Part shown: positions 47,539 to 57,245 of the stretch, in pieces | How the letters are laid out: each line of letters opens with the position of its first letter | How positions within the stretch are numbered: the first letter of the stretch is position 1 | Assembly: GCA_013140775.1 (NCBI GenBank) | Contig: JABFSA010000040.1 | Location: forward strand, 5,182 to 69,181 | Source of the DNA: Acidobacteriota bacterium | Lineage (GTDB): Bacteria > Acidobacteriota > Vicinamibacteria > Vicinamibacterales > UBA2999 | DNA: 64,000 nt | Direction: 5' to 3' | The notes under the pieces: generated by a model | The model's database searches: none | Seen by the model: the letters and a program-made list of their open reading frames with translations, nothing else | What the model was told of the DNA's origin: nothing | Program-made: the position numbers and the translations under genes

Positions 47539-48915
47539 TCAGGACTGCCCGGCGGCAAGGAGCTGCTTCGCCATGCCGATGGCCTCGTCAACGTTGCGGA
47601 CGTCACCGTCGAGTTGCCGCTCGTATACCCGGTTCAACAGTTCGCCGATCGCGGGTCCCGGAGAGAGACCAAGCTCGAGCAGGTGCCGACCCATCAGGAA
47701 TGGTGCGGGTGGCCGGTGTTCGACCCCGAGCGTCCGCGCGCGTGTGATGAACCAATCCATCGCGGAGCAGTCGAAGGTGCCAGTACGGCCCAGGCAGTCC
47801 GCGCGTGCAAGACGAGCGAGCAGCTCGAGGTTGACCTTTTGCGCAAGGCGACGGAATGCACCGTCGCCGACCTGTGCGGCCTTGCGGAACATGCCGGGCT
47901 TCAGGTGGTGGGCCACGAGTCCGATGACCTGCGCGCGAACGTCGAAGCCATCGATCGTGTGAATGTTGAGCCGGTCGAGCAGGCTGATCGTGGGCGCGAC
48001 GCCGGCTTCCTCGTGGTTGAGTGAGCGGATGCGACCGTCGCTGAACGCGGTGGTCGCTGGCTTGCCGAGATCGTGGCAGACGGCGCCGAGCATCACCGTC
48101 GTGAGTCTCGCGCGATCGAGGTCGGGATTCAGTTCGTGCGCTTTGTCGATCACCATCAGGGTGTGCACCCAGACGTCGCCTTCCGGATGCCACTCCGGCT
48201 CCTGTACGCACCCGACGAGCAGGCGCATTTCCGGGAGGATGCGGTCGATCACGCCGAGATCGAGTGCCAGGTCGAACCCGATCGACGGGCGTCGGGCGGC
48301 GAGCAGGAGCTTCTCCAATTCGCCCCAGATCCGCTCGGCCGGCAAATCGTCCAGCGCGATGCGTCTGCAGAGGAAGGCCGTGTCCGGTTCCAATGTGAAC
48401 TCGAAGCGGGCGGCGAACTGGATTGCGCGAAGCACCCGAAGGCTGTCGTCGCCGAAGGTCGTGAGGTCCACAGCCTTCAGCACACGACGTTCGACGTCGT
48501 GACTACCGTTGAAGGGATCCTCGTACTTGTCAGTCAGGGGATCCCAGAAGATGGCATTGACGGTGAAATCCCGGCGCCGGGCTGCGTCTTCCGGTGACAT
48601 CGACGGATCGCCCGTGACCTGAAACCCTTTGTGCCCACGGCCGGATTTCGACTCCCGCCGCGGGAGGGCCACATCGAGGTCGGCCACCTTGTAGACCGGA
48701 AAGCTCTGGCCTACCGCTTCCACGCGGCCGAACGGCGCCAGCAGGCCGGGCAGCCGATCTTGCGGGATCCCAAACACCTCGAGATCGATGTCTTTCGACG
48801 GTTCCTTCCGGAGGCGGTCGCGAACCCATCCCCCGACGACCAGCGCGCGGCCCCCCGCGTTGCGGATGCTCGAAGCGATTGCGCGGACCAGGTCCAGCGC
48901 TCCGTCCTGACTCAC
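47539..48915 (-). CDS. cca: CCA-adding enzyme / tRNA nucleotidyltransferase with HD domain
   Basis: ALVVGGWVRDRL..DIDLEV and an HD domain (VCHDLGKP). GTG 48915 is preferred over track start 49002, which would overlap the divergent gene. Confidence 0.8.
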   Translation of the reverse strand: MSQDGALDLVRAIASSIRNAGGRALVVGGWVRDRLRKEPSKDIDLEVFGIPQDRLPGLLAPFGRVEAVGQSFPVYKVADLDVALPRRESKSGRGHKGFQVTGDPSMSPEDAARRRDFTVNAIFWDPLTDKYEDPFNGSHDVERRVLKAVDLTTFGDDSLRVLRAIQFAARFEFTLEPDTAFLCRRIALDDLPAERIWGELEKLLLAARRPSIGFDLALDLGVIDRILPEMRLLVGCVQEPEWHPEGDVWVHTLMVIDKAHELNPDLDRARLTTVMLGAVCHDLGKPATTAFSDGRIRSLNHEEAGVAPTISLLDRLNIHTIDGFDVRAQVIGLVAHHLKPGMFRKAAQVGDGAFRRLAQKVNLELLARLARADCLGRTGTFDCSAMDWFITRARTLGVEHRPPAPFLMGRHLLELGLSPGPAIGELLNRVYERQLDGDVRNVDEAIGMAKQLLAAGQS

Positions 48916-48977
48916 GTTCAAATTATGCTGCGGACTGTCGCACGTTGGGCGCAGACTGGGAAGTCCGGGAGAATGAC

Positions 48978-50126
48978 GTGGTCGTGGAATCCGGCTCGAC
49001 AATCAAACTGCTCGAAGAACTCGTCGCCATTGATTCGGTGAACCCCTCGCTCGTGCCGGGTTCGCGTGGGGAGATCGACGTCGCGCGTCGAATTGCCACG
49101 GCGTGCATCGACTGTGGTCTCGCCGTGCACATCACCGAGGTGGCTCCTGGCCGTCCTAATGTCGTCTCGGTCCTGGAAGGGCGGACGCCAGGGCCATCGC
49201 TGATGTTCTGCGGCCATATGGACACGGTGGGCGTCACCGGTATGGACGCGCCGTTTCAGCCTGTGCGGCGCGATGGGTTGCTGTACGGTCGCGGCTCGCA
49301 GGACATGAAGGGTGGCCTCGCGGCCATGGTGGACGCCGCTCGAGTGCTTGCAGAAAGCGGAGGCCTCGAACGGGGCCGCCTCATCGTGGCCGCCGTGGTT
49401 GACGAGGAGCACGCGAGTCTTGGCGCCGACGCGCTCGTGGCCACCTGGCGGGCGGACGCGGCAATCGTCACGGAGCCCACCGACCTTCAGGTCGCCATCG
49501 CGCACAAGGGCTTCGAGTGGATCGAGATCGAAACACGCGGACGCGCAGCACACGGAAGTCGTCCGGCGGATGGTCGAGACGCCATTCTGAAGATGGGGCG
49601 CGTGCTCGCGGGTCTCGAGACACTCAATCGAAGGCTCCAGGCAGGAGAGGCGCATCGCCTGCTGGGCACGGCGTCGCTCCACGCCTCCATCATCACCGGC
49701 GGTCGCGAGCTGAGCAGCTATCCCGATCGATGCGTGCTGCAGGTTGAGCGCCGGACTCTTCCGAACGAACCCCTCGACGTTGGATGGCTCGAACTGCGCG
49801 CGTTGCTCGATCAGCTCGCCCGGGAAGACCAGGAATTCGAGGCCGACGCGCGTCAAATGTTGAGTCGCAGCGCTTACGAGATCGACCGTTCGAATGCGCT
49901 GCCCGAGCTGGTACGGAGTACGGCCGCTTCGATGGGCTGCGAATCGAGCGTGACTGGAATGACCTACTGGAGCGACGCGGCGATCCTCGGTGCGGCAGGG
50001 ATCCCGTCGGTGCTCTTCGGGCCGGGAGGCGCTGGTCTCCACAGCAAACAGGAACACGTGAAGATCAACGAGGTGCTCCGCTGCCGCGATGTTCTCGTGG
50101 ACGCGGCTCGTCGCTTCATGCAGTGA
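48978..50126 (+). CDS. M20-family metallopeptidase (ArgE/DapE-like deacylase)
   Basis: LMFCGHMDTVGV, SQDMKGGLA and VVDEEHAS. GTG start around 48978; the track start is 48879. Confidence 0.8.
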   Translation: MVVESGSTIKLLEELVAIDSVNPSLVPGSRGEIDVARRIATACIDCGLAVHITEVAPGRPNVVSVLEGRTPGPSLMFCGHMDTVGVTGMDAPFQPVRRDGLLYGRGSQDMKGGLAAMVDAARVLAESGGLERGRLIVAAVVDEEHASLGADALVATWRADAAIVTEPTDLQVAIAHKGFEWIEIETRGRAAHGSRPADGRDAILKMGRVLAGLETLNRRLQAGEAHRLLGTASLHASIITGGRELSSYPDRCVLQVERRTLPNEPLDVGWLELRALLDQLAREDQEFEADARQMLSRSAYEIDRSNALPELVRSTAASMGCESSVTGMTYWSDAAILGAAGIPSVLFGPGGAGLHSKQEHVKINEVLRCRDVLVDAARRFMQ

Positions 50127-50145
50127 GGATCGGTCCGGCCCCACG

Positions 50146-50170
50146 AAAAATGCGCGGCTGAAGCCGCGCA
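50146..50170 (-). terminator. Rho-independent terminator candidate for the minus-strand proline dehydrogenase operon
   Basis: On the minus strand: tgcgcggc-ttca-gccgcgca followed by TTTTT. Confidence 0.5.
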
Positions 50171-50248
50171 CTACGCCCGCTACAGAAGTCGTCAGTCGTA
50201 GTGCTTGGCTTCAGCCAAGCCCATCGCTCGACAGCGGAGTTCGCACCT

Positions 50249-51181
50249 TCAACGTTCCGCCAGCAATGACCTCAGCACAAAACCGACATTGGCTGGCCGC
50301 TCTCCGAGCCGGCGCATGAAGTAGGGAAACCACTCACGTCCGAATGGCACGTAGACTCGAACGCGATAGCCTGCCGACACGAGCGCTGCCTGCAGGTCGC
50401 GCCTGATGCCGTACAGCATCTGGAACTCGAATCGGTCCCGGGCGATGTGTCGCTCGGTCACGTGCGCACACACCGCGTCGATGATCGCTGCGTCGTGTGT
50501 GGCGATCGCGGGGTAGTGGCCCTCGTCGAGGAGCAACAGTGCGAGCTTGAGGAACGCGGCATCGACAGTCTTCTTGTCCTTGTAAGCAGTTGCCGCCGGT
50601 TCCTTATACGCGCCTTTGACAAGTCGCACCCGCGCACCCAGGGTATTCATCCGGCGGACGTCCTCTTCGGTCCGGTGCAAATACGCCTGGAGCGCGACCC
50701 CGACATTTCGATAGTTCTGCTCCCACAGGGTCTCGAAGATTGAGAGGGTCCGCTCGGTGTACGGCGAGTTCTCCATATCAATCCGGACGTAGCAGTCCTG
50801 ACGCGATGCGGGCTCGAGGATGCGTCGCAGGTTGTCCACGCACGTGGCGTGATCGATGTCGATGCCGAGCTGCGTCAGCTTGAGTGAAATGTTGCGCTCG
50901 ATCCCGGCCGCGACGATGGCTTCGAGCAGCTTGACGTAGTCGTGCGAGGCAGCCGTTGATTCCTCGAGTGTCCGCACGCGCTCGCCGAGGTGGTCGAGGG
51001 TGACGAGCAGACCGTTGGCCTGCAGTCTCTTCGAGGCTTCGATCGCGGTGTCGATGGTTTCACCGGCGATGAAGCGGCTGGCAAAGCTCGTCGGCGTGGC
51101 AAGGCCGTGTCTCGAGGCGAGACGCTTCAAAGCCGCGCTCCGGGAGAGCGCGTAGAAGATCGCCTTCGCTCCCGCGTACAT
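50249..51181 (-). CDS. Proline dehydrogenase
   Basis: FIAGETIDTAIEASKRLQANGLLVTLDHLGE, IDMENS and LQAYLHRTEED. Confidence 0.85.
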   Translation of the reverse strand: MYAGAKAIFYALSRSAALKRLASRHGLATPTSFASRFIAGETIDTAIEASKRLQANGLLVTLDHLGERVRTLEESTAASHDYVKLLEAIVAAGIERNISLKLTQLGIDIDHATCVDNLRRILEPASRQDCYVRIDMENSPYTERTLSIFETLWEQNYRNVGVALQAYLHRTEEDVRRMNTLGARVRLVKGAYKEPAATAYKDKKTVDAAFLKLALLLLDEGHYPAIATHDAAIIDAVCAHVTERHIARDRFEFQMLYGIRRDLQAALVSAGYRVRVYVPFGREWFPYFMRRLGERPANVGFVLRSLLAER

Positions 51182-52341
51182 CAGTGTGTGTGAAGCGAAG
51201 GGGATCCCAGAAGGTGCTCGAGCGTGCGCGCGTAGTACCGCAGCACGTTGCGGTCGCGCACGCGGACGCGACCGTCCCCGGCGACAACAATGCCTCGGGC
51301 TTCCAGCAGCTCGATGCCGCTGTCCATCGCTTCGGCGCCGCTCTGGACTCCGAGGTTGGCGCCCTGGGCCCGCAATGTCTCGATCACGTGATTCGCCCGG
51401 CTCTCCAGATCCTGCAGCGTGGTGGATGGGCGCATCGCGTTAGCGATGACCGCTGTCGGCAGCACCTTGTAGAGCCGACCGACCGCCTCCATCACCGAGT
51501 GCGTGAAGTCCATGACCTCGCTCCTCGACGAAGCATCGAGGTCGATCGCCATCGGTTCTCCGAAGGTCACGAACGCGCGCGACTTGTAGCCGACGGCGCA
51601 GCGCACCATCTCGGCGAGCTCGTGCCTGAACGGTCGCTGCGCCCGCTTGACGCGCTGACGCGCCAGCACCTGATCCTCGAGCACCAGGTCGTACGCGACG
51701 GCCGTAGGAAGGACGACCATCGGTGTGTAGTCAGCCTGTAGTGCCGCGTGCATCAACCCGGTCTTTGGGCTCTTGATCTCACCGCTATAGCTGCGACCGC
51801 CTTCCGGGTAGAAAAAGAGGTCGTGCTTTCGAAGCAGCTCGGCGACATAGGCTTTGAGCGTGATCAGGTATCCAGGGTCGCGTGTGTTCCTGCGGATCGG
51901 AATGGCGCCCGTGACGTGCTTGTGCAGGAGGCCCAGTGGTCCGCCGAACAGATTGATTCCCGCAGCGACGATGGGCGGCCGGACGCCGTTTTCATCCAGC
52001 ACGAGCAGCTCGACCAGATAGTCGGTGTGGCTCTTGTGATTCGAGGCGTACACCACACGGTTGGATCGTGTCGCGGACCGCGCCGAGTCGAGATTCTCGG
52101 GGATCCGTTCGATCTTGCGAAGAATTGGATAGAGAGGATGTTTGAGCGCGCGATAGAACGGATAACGCTGGGTGGTGCGCAGTTCTTCGAGGTACGCCTG
52201 GACCCGCTGTCGTGCGACGCCGCCGCTCTCGCCGTGACTTCCCTCGATGTATCGCGCAACTTCCTGCCGCGACAGGACGGCCTCGGTGAGCTCGTCGAGG
52301 GTGGGCACTGATCGAACTATATCATTCCGGTTCGCGGGCAC
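51181..52341 (-). CDS. PlsB-like glycerol-3-phosphate / lysophospholipid acyltransferase
   Basis: YASNHKSHTDYLV (HX4D) and FYPEGGRSYSG. The stop shares 1 nt with the proline dehydrogenase start. Confidence 0.8.
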   Translation of the reverse strand: MPANRNDIVRSVPTLDELTEAVLSRQEVARYIEGSHGESGGVARQRVQAYLEELRTTQRYPFYRALKHPLYPILRKIERIPENLDSARSATRSNRVVYASNHKSHTDYLVELLVLDENGVRPPIVAAGINLFGGPLGLLHKHVTGAIPIRRNTRDPGYLITLKAYVAELLRKHDLFFYPEGGRSYSGEIKSPKTGLMHAALQADYTPMVVLPTAVAYDLVLEDQVLARQRVKRAQRPFRHELAEMVRCAVGYKSRAFVTFGEPMAIDLDASSRSEVMDFTHSVMEAVGRLYKVLPTAVIANAMRPSTTLQDLESRANHVIETLRAQGANLGVQSGAEAMDSGIELLEARGIVVAGDGRVRVRDRNVLRYYARTLEHLLGSPSLHTH

Positions 52342-52351
52342 GGCCGCCCGC

Positions 52352-52840
52352 TCACTCGCGGGCTTCCCAGTATAAGAGGATCATCGCGGCAGCCAGGTTC
52401 AGCATCATGAGCCGAGTCGAGAGTTGATGCAGGCCGTCGAACTCGACGCGTCTGGCATCGGTGGCTGAGAGTCGCGTCACCGTCCCCCCGATCTCCTGCT
52501 GAATCGCGTCGATGCGGCTGATGATCACCATGCCTGAGTACATCGATACCGCCAGCATGGCGCCGATGATGGAGCACCGGACGGCAAATGCGCGGGGCCG
52601 GGGACCCAGCACGGCCATTGCGGCGAGGCAGACAAGCAGCAGACCGCCGGACGCGTAGGCGACATAGTGAAACCTGCCGATGATCGCCCCAAAGAGCACA
52701 CCCGCCAGTTCGCGCCCCCCGTTGGGCTCGGTTGCCTGTAGGATCTGGAACGTTGCGGGCGCGACGAGTGCGCCGAGCACAATCATTCCTCCGAGCCACA
52801 CGACCAGCGCCAAGACGTAGACGTACCGCAGCGCGAGCAT
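52352..52840 (-). CDS. Integral membrane protein (DUF4149/TMEM205-like)
   Basis: Four hydrophobic segments. Start placed at ATG 52840 (MLALRYVYVLALVVWLGG). The track start at 52891 would overlap the transketolase start and promoter region. Confidence 0.6.
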   Translation of the reverse strand: MLALRYVYVLALVVWLGGMIVLGALVAPATFQILQATEPNGGRELAGVLFGAIIGRFHYVAYASGGLLLVCLAAMAVLGPRPRAFAVRCSIIGAMLAVSMYSGMVIISRIDAIQQEIGGTVTRLSATDARRVEFDGLHQLSTRLMMLNLAAAMILLYWEARE

Positions 52841-52846
52841 CCGCGC

Positions 52847-52854
52847 ATTATAAT
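52847..52854. promoter_or_regulatory. Palindromic ATTATAAT, a candidate shared -10 element for divergent transcription
   Basis: It reads TATAAT on both strands in an otherwise GC-rich spacer. It lies 6 nt upstream of minus-strand ATG 52840. On the plus strand it precedes GGAGG (52863-52867) and TTG 52876. Confidence 0.35.
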
Positions 52855-52875
52855 TCCCGACCGGAGGTCCACTCG

Positions 52876-54732
52876 TTGTCCGTTCATACACTTCTTCCCG
52901 TGCCCGCGCTCACGAACATCGCCACGCGCCTGCGAATCGATTCGGTGCTGGCCACCAGCGAGTCGGGCAACGGTCACCCGAGTACGTGCTGTTCGGCGGC
53001 CGATATTGTCGCGGCGCTGTTCTTTGCCGAGATGCGGTACGACCCGCGCGACCCGCAGCATCAGGACAACGATCGATTCGTGCTCTCGAAGGGACACGCC
53101 GCGCCCTTGCTGTACGCGGCCTGGGCTGAGGCGGGCTTCCTGAAACGCGAGGACCTTCTCACGCTGCGGCGCCTCGACTCCGACCTCGAAGGACATCCCA
53201 CGCCGCGGCTGCCATTTGTCGATGTCGCGACGGGGTCGCTCGGACAAGGACTCTGTGCTGGCGTCGGCATTGCGCTGAACGCCCGGAGAATCGGCTCGGA
53301 CTACCGCACGTACGTGCTCCTTGGCGACGGAGAGTCGGCGGAAGGGTCGGTCTGGGAAGCTGCTGACGTCGCCGCATTCGAGAAGCTCGATTCACTGTGC
53401 GGCATCACTGACGTGAATGCGCTGGGGCAGAGCGGTCCGACGCAGTTCCAGCACAACCTCGAGGCTCTGGCCGCACGGTGGCGTGCATTCGGGTGGCACG
53501 CGATCCTGGTGGACGGCCACGATCTGCCGCAACTGCTCGATGCGCTCGAACAGGCGCGACAGACCAAAGGCCGTCCGACGATGGTCCTGGCGAAGACGCT
53601 CAAGGGCAAAGGGATCTCGTTCATGGAGGGCAAGGGCGGCTGGCACGGCAAGGCCGTGTCGAAGGGCGCACAGCTCGACTCCGCGCTCACCGAACTGCAG
53701 GCGCAGTTCGTTCCTCAGAGTGGTGCCGCGCCGGCGATTCCAGCACCGAACGCCGTGAAGCGCTCACCCGTGCGCCAGGGCACCGTTGGTTCGACGACCT
53801 ACAAACTCGGGGACAGCGTGGCGACGCGCGAAGCGTACGGTGATGCGCTCGCAAAGCTTGGGGCGTCCGACGATCGGATCGTCGCGCTCGACGCCGACGT
53901 CAAGAACTCCACCTTCAGCGACAAGTTCGAACAGCAGCATCCCGAGCGGTTCTATCAGAACTTCATCGCCGAGCAGGTGATGGTGGGCGCCGCGATGGGG
54001 CTTGCCAGCCGCGGCGCGATTCCGTTTCCATCCACTTTCGCTGCGTTCCTGACCCGCGCGTACGACTTCATCCGGATGGCGGCGGTGAGCAAGCTGAACG
54101 TCAAGCTCGCGGGCTCGCACGCCGGTGTGTCGATTGGCGAGGACGGGCCGTCTCAGATGGCGCTCGAGGATCTCGCGATGATGCGGGCGCAGCCGAACAT
54201 GGCCGTGTTGTATCCGTGCGACGCCGTGAGTACCGAGCAGCTCGTCGAGCGCGCCGCGTATCACGCGGGCCCGGTCTACATGCGCACCTCCAGACCGAAG
54301 ACGCCCGTGATCTACGGTCCGGGTGAATCGTTCGAGGTTGGTGGTCTCAAGGTCCTGCGTCAGAGCGACGCGGATGTCGCCACGGTTGTTGGTGGTGGCG
54401 TCACGGTGTTCGAGGCGTTGAAGGCCTACGACGCACTCCAGAAGCAGGGCATCAGCATCCGGGTCATCGACCTCTACTCACTGCAGCCTATCGACGCGGC
54501 AACGCTGGTGCGTTGCGCCAAGGCCAGCAAGGGACGGGTCATCACAGTCGAAGATCACTATCCGGGCGGGGGGATCGGCGATGCTGTGGCGGGTGCGATC
54601 GCCTCAGAAGGATTCTCGGTTCGGCGGTTGGCTATCACTGAAATTCCTCGCAGCGGCACGCCAGATCAGCTGCTGGACCACTACGGCATCTCCGCCCGGC
54701 ACATCGTCGCGGCCGTCACCGCCTCAGCGTAG
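52876..54732 (+). CDS. tkt: Transketolase (canonical, single polypeptide)
   Basis: GNGHPSTCCSAADI, LLGDGESAEGSVWEA, FIAEQVMVGAAMG and GEDGPSQMALEDLA. TTG 52876 is 8 nt after GGAGG; GTG 52900 is an alternative. Confidence 0.85.
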   Translation: MSVHTLLPVPALTNIATRLRIDSVLATSESGNGHPSTCCSAADIVAALFFAEMRYDPRDPQHQDNDRFVLSKGHAAPLLYAAWAEAGFLKREDLLTLRRLDSDLEGHPTPRLPFVDVATGSLGQGLCAGVGIALNARRIGSDYRTYVLLGDGESAEGSVWEAADVAAFEKLDSLCGITDVNALGQSGPTQFQHNLEALAARWRAFGWHAILVDGHDLPQLLDALEQARQTKGRPTMVLAKTLKGKGISFMEGKGGWHGKAVSKGAQLDSALTELQAQFVPQSGAAPAIPAPNAVKRSPVRQGTVGSTTYKLGDSVATREAYGDALAKLGASDDRIVALDADVKNSTFSDKFEQQHPERFYQNFIAEQVMVGAAMGLASRGAIPFPSTFAAFLTRAYDFIRMAAVSKLNVKLAGSHAGVSIGEDGPSQMALEDLAMMRAQPNMAVLYPCDAVSTEQLVERAAYHAGPVYMRTSRPKTPVIYGPGESFEVGGLKVLRQSDADVATVVGGGVTVFEALKAYDALQKQGISIRVIDLYSLQPIDAATLVRCAKASKGRVITVEDHYPGGGIGDAVAGAIASEGFSVRRLAITEIPRSGTPDQLLDHYGISARHIVAAVTASA

Positions 54733-55314
54733 TCAGCGCGGAAACGCTGGCGCTTCGCAGACGCGTCTGGCTTGAGCCAGGTGCCGGTGCTCGTGCGCGA
54801 CGGCCAGCGCGAACGCTGAGCCGAGTGGAAGACGGATCCACCGTACGATCGGGGACGCGACACGGGCGCGTCCCAGATCCAGTCCATTCGACTGACGCAG
54901 GCGGTCTACGTACTGCACCTGATAGGCCTTGAAGGCCGCCATGATTTCTGAACGCTGTCGGCCAGGCGCGGGCACAAATGCCTGAGGCGCCTTCGCGCGA
55001 AAACGCGTGGTCGGCTTCATCGACCAGACCATCAGCCTGCCGATCCAGTTGTACTGGTAGGGTCCTGATGTGTACTGACCGCGTCGAATCGCATTTGCGA
55101 TCCCTTCGTCGAGCTTCGGAAGGTACTCGCGCGCGGCGGCATTGAGGTGATCGATGCACTGGGCCACCGACCACGAGTCTGGTTCAGGTTGCCAGGTGAA
55201 TTGTTCGTCGGTCAGGGGTGCTACGAGTGTGACCGCGGCTGCAGAGAGTGCTTCGAATTCCTTCCGAAATGCTTCGCACTCGGGCGTCAGCACCATCGGG
55301 CCGGACACTGGCAT
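54733..55314 (-). CDS. DinB-family protein
   Basis: Trimmed to MPVSGP... WSVAQCIDHLN and AHEHRHLAQA. Its stop abuts the transketolase stop with 0 nt between. Confidence 0.7.
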   Translation of the reverse strand: MPVSGPMVLTPECEAFRKEFEALSAAAVTLVAPLTDEQFTWQPEPDSWSVAQCIDHLNAAAREYLPKLDEGIANAIRRGQYTSGPYQYNWIGRLMVWSMKPTTRFRAKAPQAFVPAPGRQRSEIMAAFKAYQVQYVDRLRQSNGLDLGRARVASPIVRWIRLPLGSAFALAVAHEHRHLAQARRVCEAPAFPR

Positions 55315-55403
55315 CGGCCCAATCCTACCGTGAATAAAGAGATGCGGGGTCGGGGGTGCTCGAAACTGTGCAGCCTGCTCTCTGTTCGGCGTGATCGAGT
55401 TGC

Positions 55404-56801
55404 TCAGGCGAATCTGAAGAGCGGCGGGAACAACAAGACGACCAGCGCGGCCCAGATTGAGTACGCAAGAAGGTACGCCGTCTGCCATGCCTCGAGCGCA
55501 CGGAACGTGTTTCGCCCGCGGAGGAACTCCGCATAGAGCCACGCTGAGCCCGAAAGGTTCACGAGCAGAATCAGGTTCTCTCCAAGCGCGGCGACACGAT
55601 TGGGCGTGAAGCCGAATTCCGAAATGCGCGACGCGATTGCCGCCAGCGCCACGAGATCAACCACGAGAGCGCTCACGATCAGCAGCAGTTGCAGGCTGTC
55701 GAAGAGGTTCGGCGGAGCCTGAGGGTCGCGCGCGGATGCTGAGTAGAGCACCAGACCGACCACGAGCACCAGGAGCAGGTCGAACGCGATGAGCACGTCG
55801 CGCTGGATGTCGATCGGACGCCCGGTCCAGATCATCGTCGTCAGGAACACGAGCAGGAGGATGGTAAAGAGCGGAGTGAAGAGGCGCGTGAGTACGGGGG
55901 CCATGTTCTCGATGACGCTTTGTTTCGCTTCAACGAGCCAGGAACCGATGATGACAGCCCCGGCCGCGCCGCATGGGAGCAGCCAGCCCGCGACGAACCA
56001 CGCAGGGTCCATTCCAATGGCGCCGAACATCATGAACGTAAAGGCGGTGACGACGCCGCCACCGAGTGCAATGAGTATGAAGTAGATGACCAGCTCGCCC
56101 GTGAACCGCACGAAGTTCATGCGCCTGCCCTCGTCGAACCAACGGCCCCGGACGTAAGCGACGCCGACCGCCAGCCACAAGGCTATTGGCATGTGCAGTA
56201 CGGCCAGCACCTCAGTGTCACTGGGTTCAGGCGCGTTGTTCATCACACGAGTCTCAAACGGGTAGACGTTGACGCAAAGAGCCCCGACCACGAAAGGCAG
56301 CGCGAGCCACAGCCTGCTCATCGCATTCCATCCGCGCTTCCACAAGAAGTAGACGGTCAACAGCGGGAAGACGAACAGGCTGGCGTTGCGGAAATAGAAC
56401 AGCGGCACTTCTTCGTTGGGGTCGAGCGGCACACCGAACAGGGCAGGAATCTTGACGACCAATGCCACAGTGGCCACAAGGCCGAGGACGACGAGTGCCT
56501 CTGTGCGGTTGCTCTTCGTGCTGTCGTCGGTGGCGGAGACGATGACGAGCTGCTTCCACAGCCGGTCCGAATGCTCGAGAGCGAATTCGCGCGAGAGGGC
56601 ATCGAGGCTGCCCATGCGTTTGACGGCAACGAGAAACGCTTCGTCATCTGCGAGCCCGGCCTGAGTGAGAGAACTCACCTGGTCGCGGAGGTGAGTCTCG
56701 AGCTCCTCGACGTCAGGTCCCTCGATAGCGCGGCGTCGATGCAGGTACGCACGCCATTGACCGATCTGTGCTTCGAGCGGGTCGTCAGGCGCCACGTTCA
56801 T
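55404..56801 (-). CDS. Polytopic membrane protein with an N-terminal cytoplasmic helical domain, partner of PadR
   Basis: Start ATG 56801 has an ATGA overlap with the padR stop. The N-terminus (IGQWRAYLHRRRAIEGPDVEELETHLRD) is followed by about 10 TM segments. Confidence 0.7.
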   Translation of the reverse strand: MNVAPDDPLEAQIGQWRAYLHRRRAIEGPDVEELETHLRDQVSSLTQAGLADDEAFLVAVKRMGSLDALSREFALEHSDRLWKQLVIVSATDDSTKSNRTEALVVLGLVATVALVVKIPALFGVPLDPNEEVPLFYFRNASLFVFPLLTVYFLWKRGWNAMSRLWLALPFVVGALCVNVYPFETRVMNNAPEPSDTEVLAVLHMPIALWLAVGVAYVRGRWFDEGRRMNFVRFTGELVIYFILIALGGGVVTAFTFMMFGAIGMDPAWFVAGWLLPCGAAGAVIIGSWLVEAKQSVIENMAPVLTRLFTPLFTILLLVFLTTMIWTGRPIDIQRDVLIAFDLLLVLVVGLVLYSASARDPQAPPNLFDSLQLLLIVSALVVDLVALAAIASRISEFGFTPNRVAALGENLILLVNLSGSAWLYAEFLRGRNTFRALEAWQTAYLLAYSIWAALVVLLFPPLFRFA

Positions 56802-57136
56802 GAGGAGTACGCCTTCAGCCAGATGCGGTGAAGCGTCGCATCGACGATCTGCCAACGCTTTCTGTCCTCCTCCAGCTGTGTTCGGCCCTGCCTGGTCAGC
56901 CGGTAGTACTTACGTTGACGGCCGCTGTCCGAGGCCCCCCACTTGGAGGCAACGAGCCCATGCCGCTCCAACCGGTGGAGCACCGGATAGAGCATCCCGT
57001 CCGTCCACTGGAGGTGTCCGTCGGAGAGTTCACTGACGCGCTTGATGATGGCGTAGCCATAACTCTCGCCGTCCGCCAGGATGGCGAGGACGAGAGGCGT
57101 GGCCGAGGCGGCGACGAGGTCTTTTCCGAGGTCCAT
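56798..57136 (-). CDS. PadR-family transcriptional regulator
   Basis: LVLAILADGESYGYAIIKRV...GMLYPVLHRLERHGLV...RKYYRLTRQG. Confidence 0.9.
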   Translation of the reverse strand: MDLGKDLVAASATPLVLAILADGESYGYAIIKRVSELSDGHLQWTDGMLYPVLHRLERHGLVASKWGASDSGRQRKYYRLTRQGRTQLEEDRKRWQIVDATLHRIWLKAYSS

Positions 57137-57149
57137 GCCTAGGACTCTT

Positions 57150-57170
57150 ATACATTGAGCTGTTATGTAT
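57150..57170. promoter_or_regulatory. Inverted repeat ATACAT-N9-ATGTAT, candidate PadR operator
   Basis: It lies 14 nt upstream of the padR start codon, in the 109-nt divergent spacer. Confidence 0.4.
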
Positions 57171-57245
57171 GGTCAATCGGAGCGATGTGCCGCTGTCGGA
57201 CGCGACTTGGTTCCGGTCTACAATCGGCCTCGGGAGGAAACGCGG

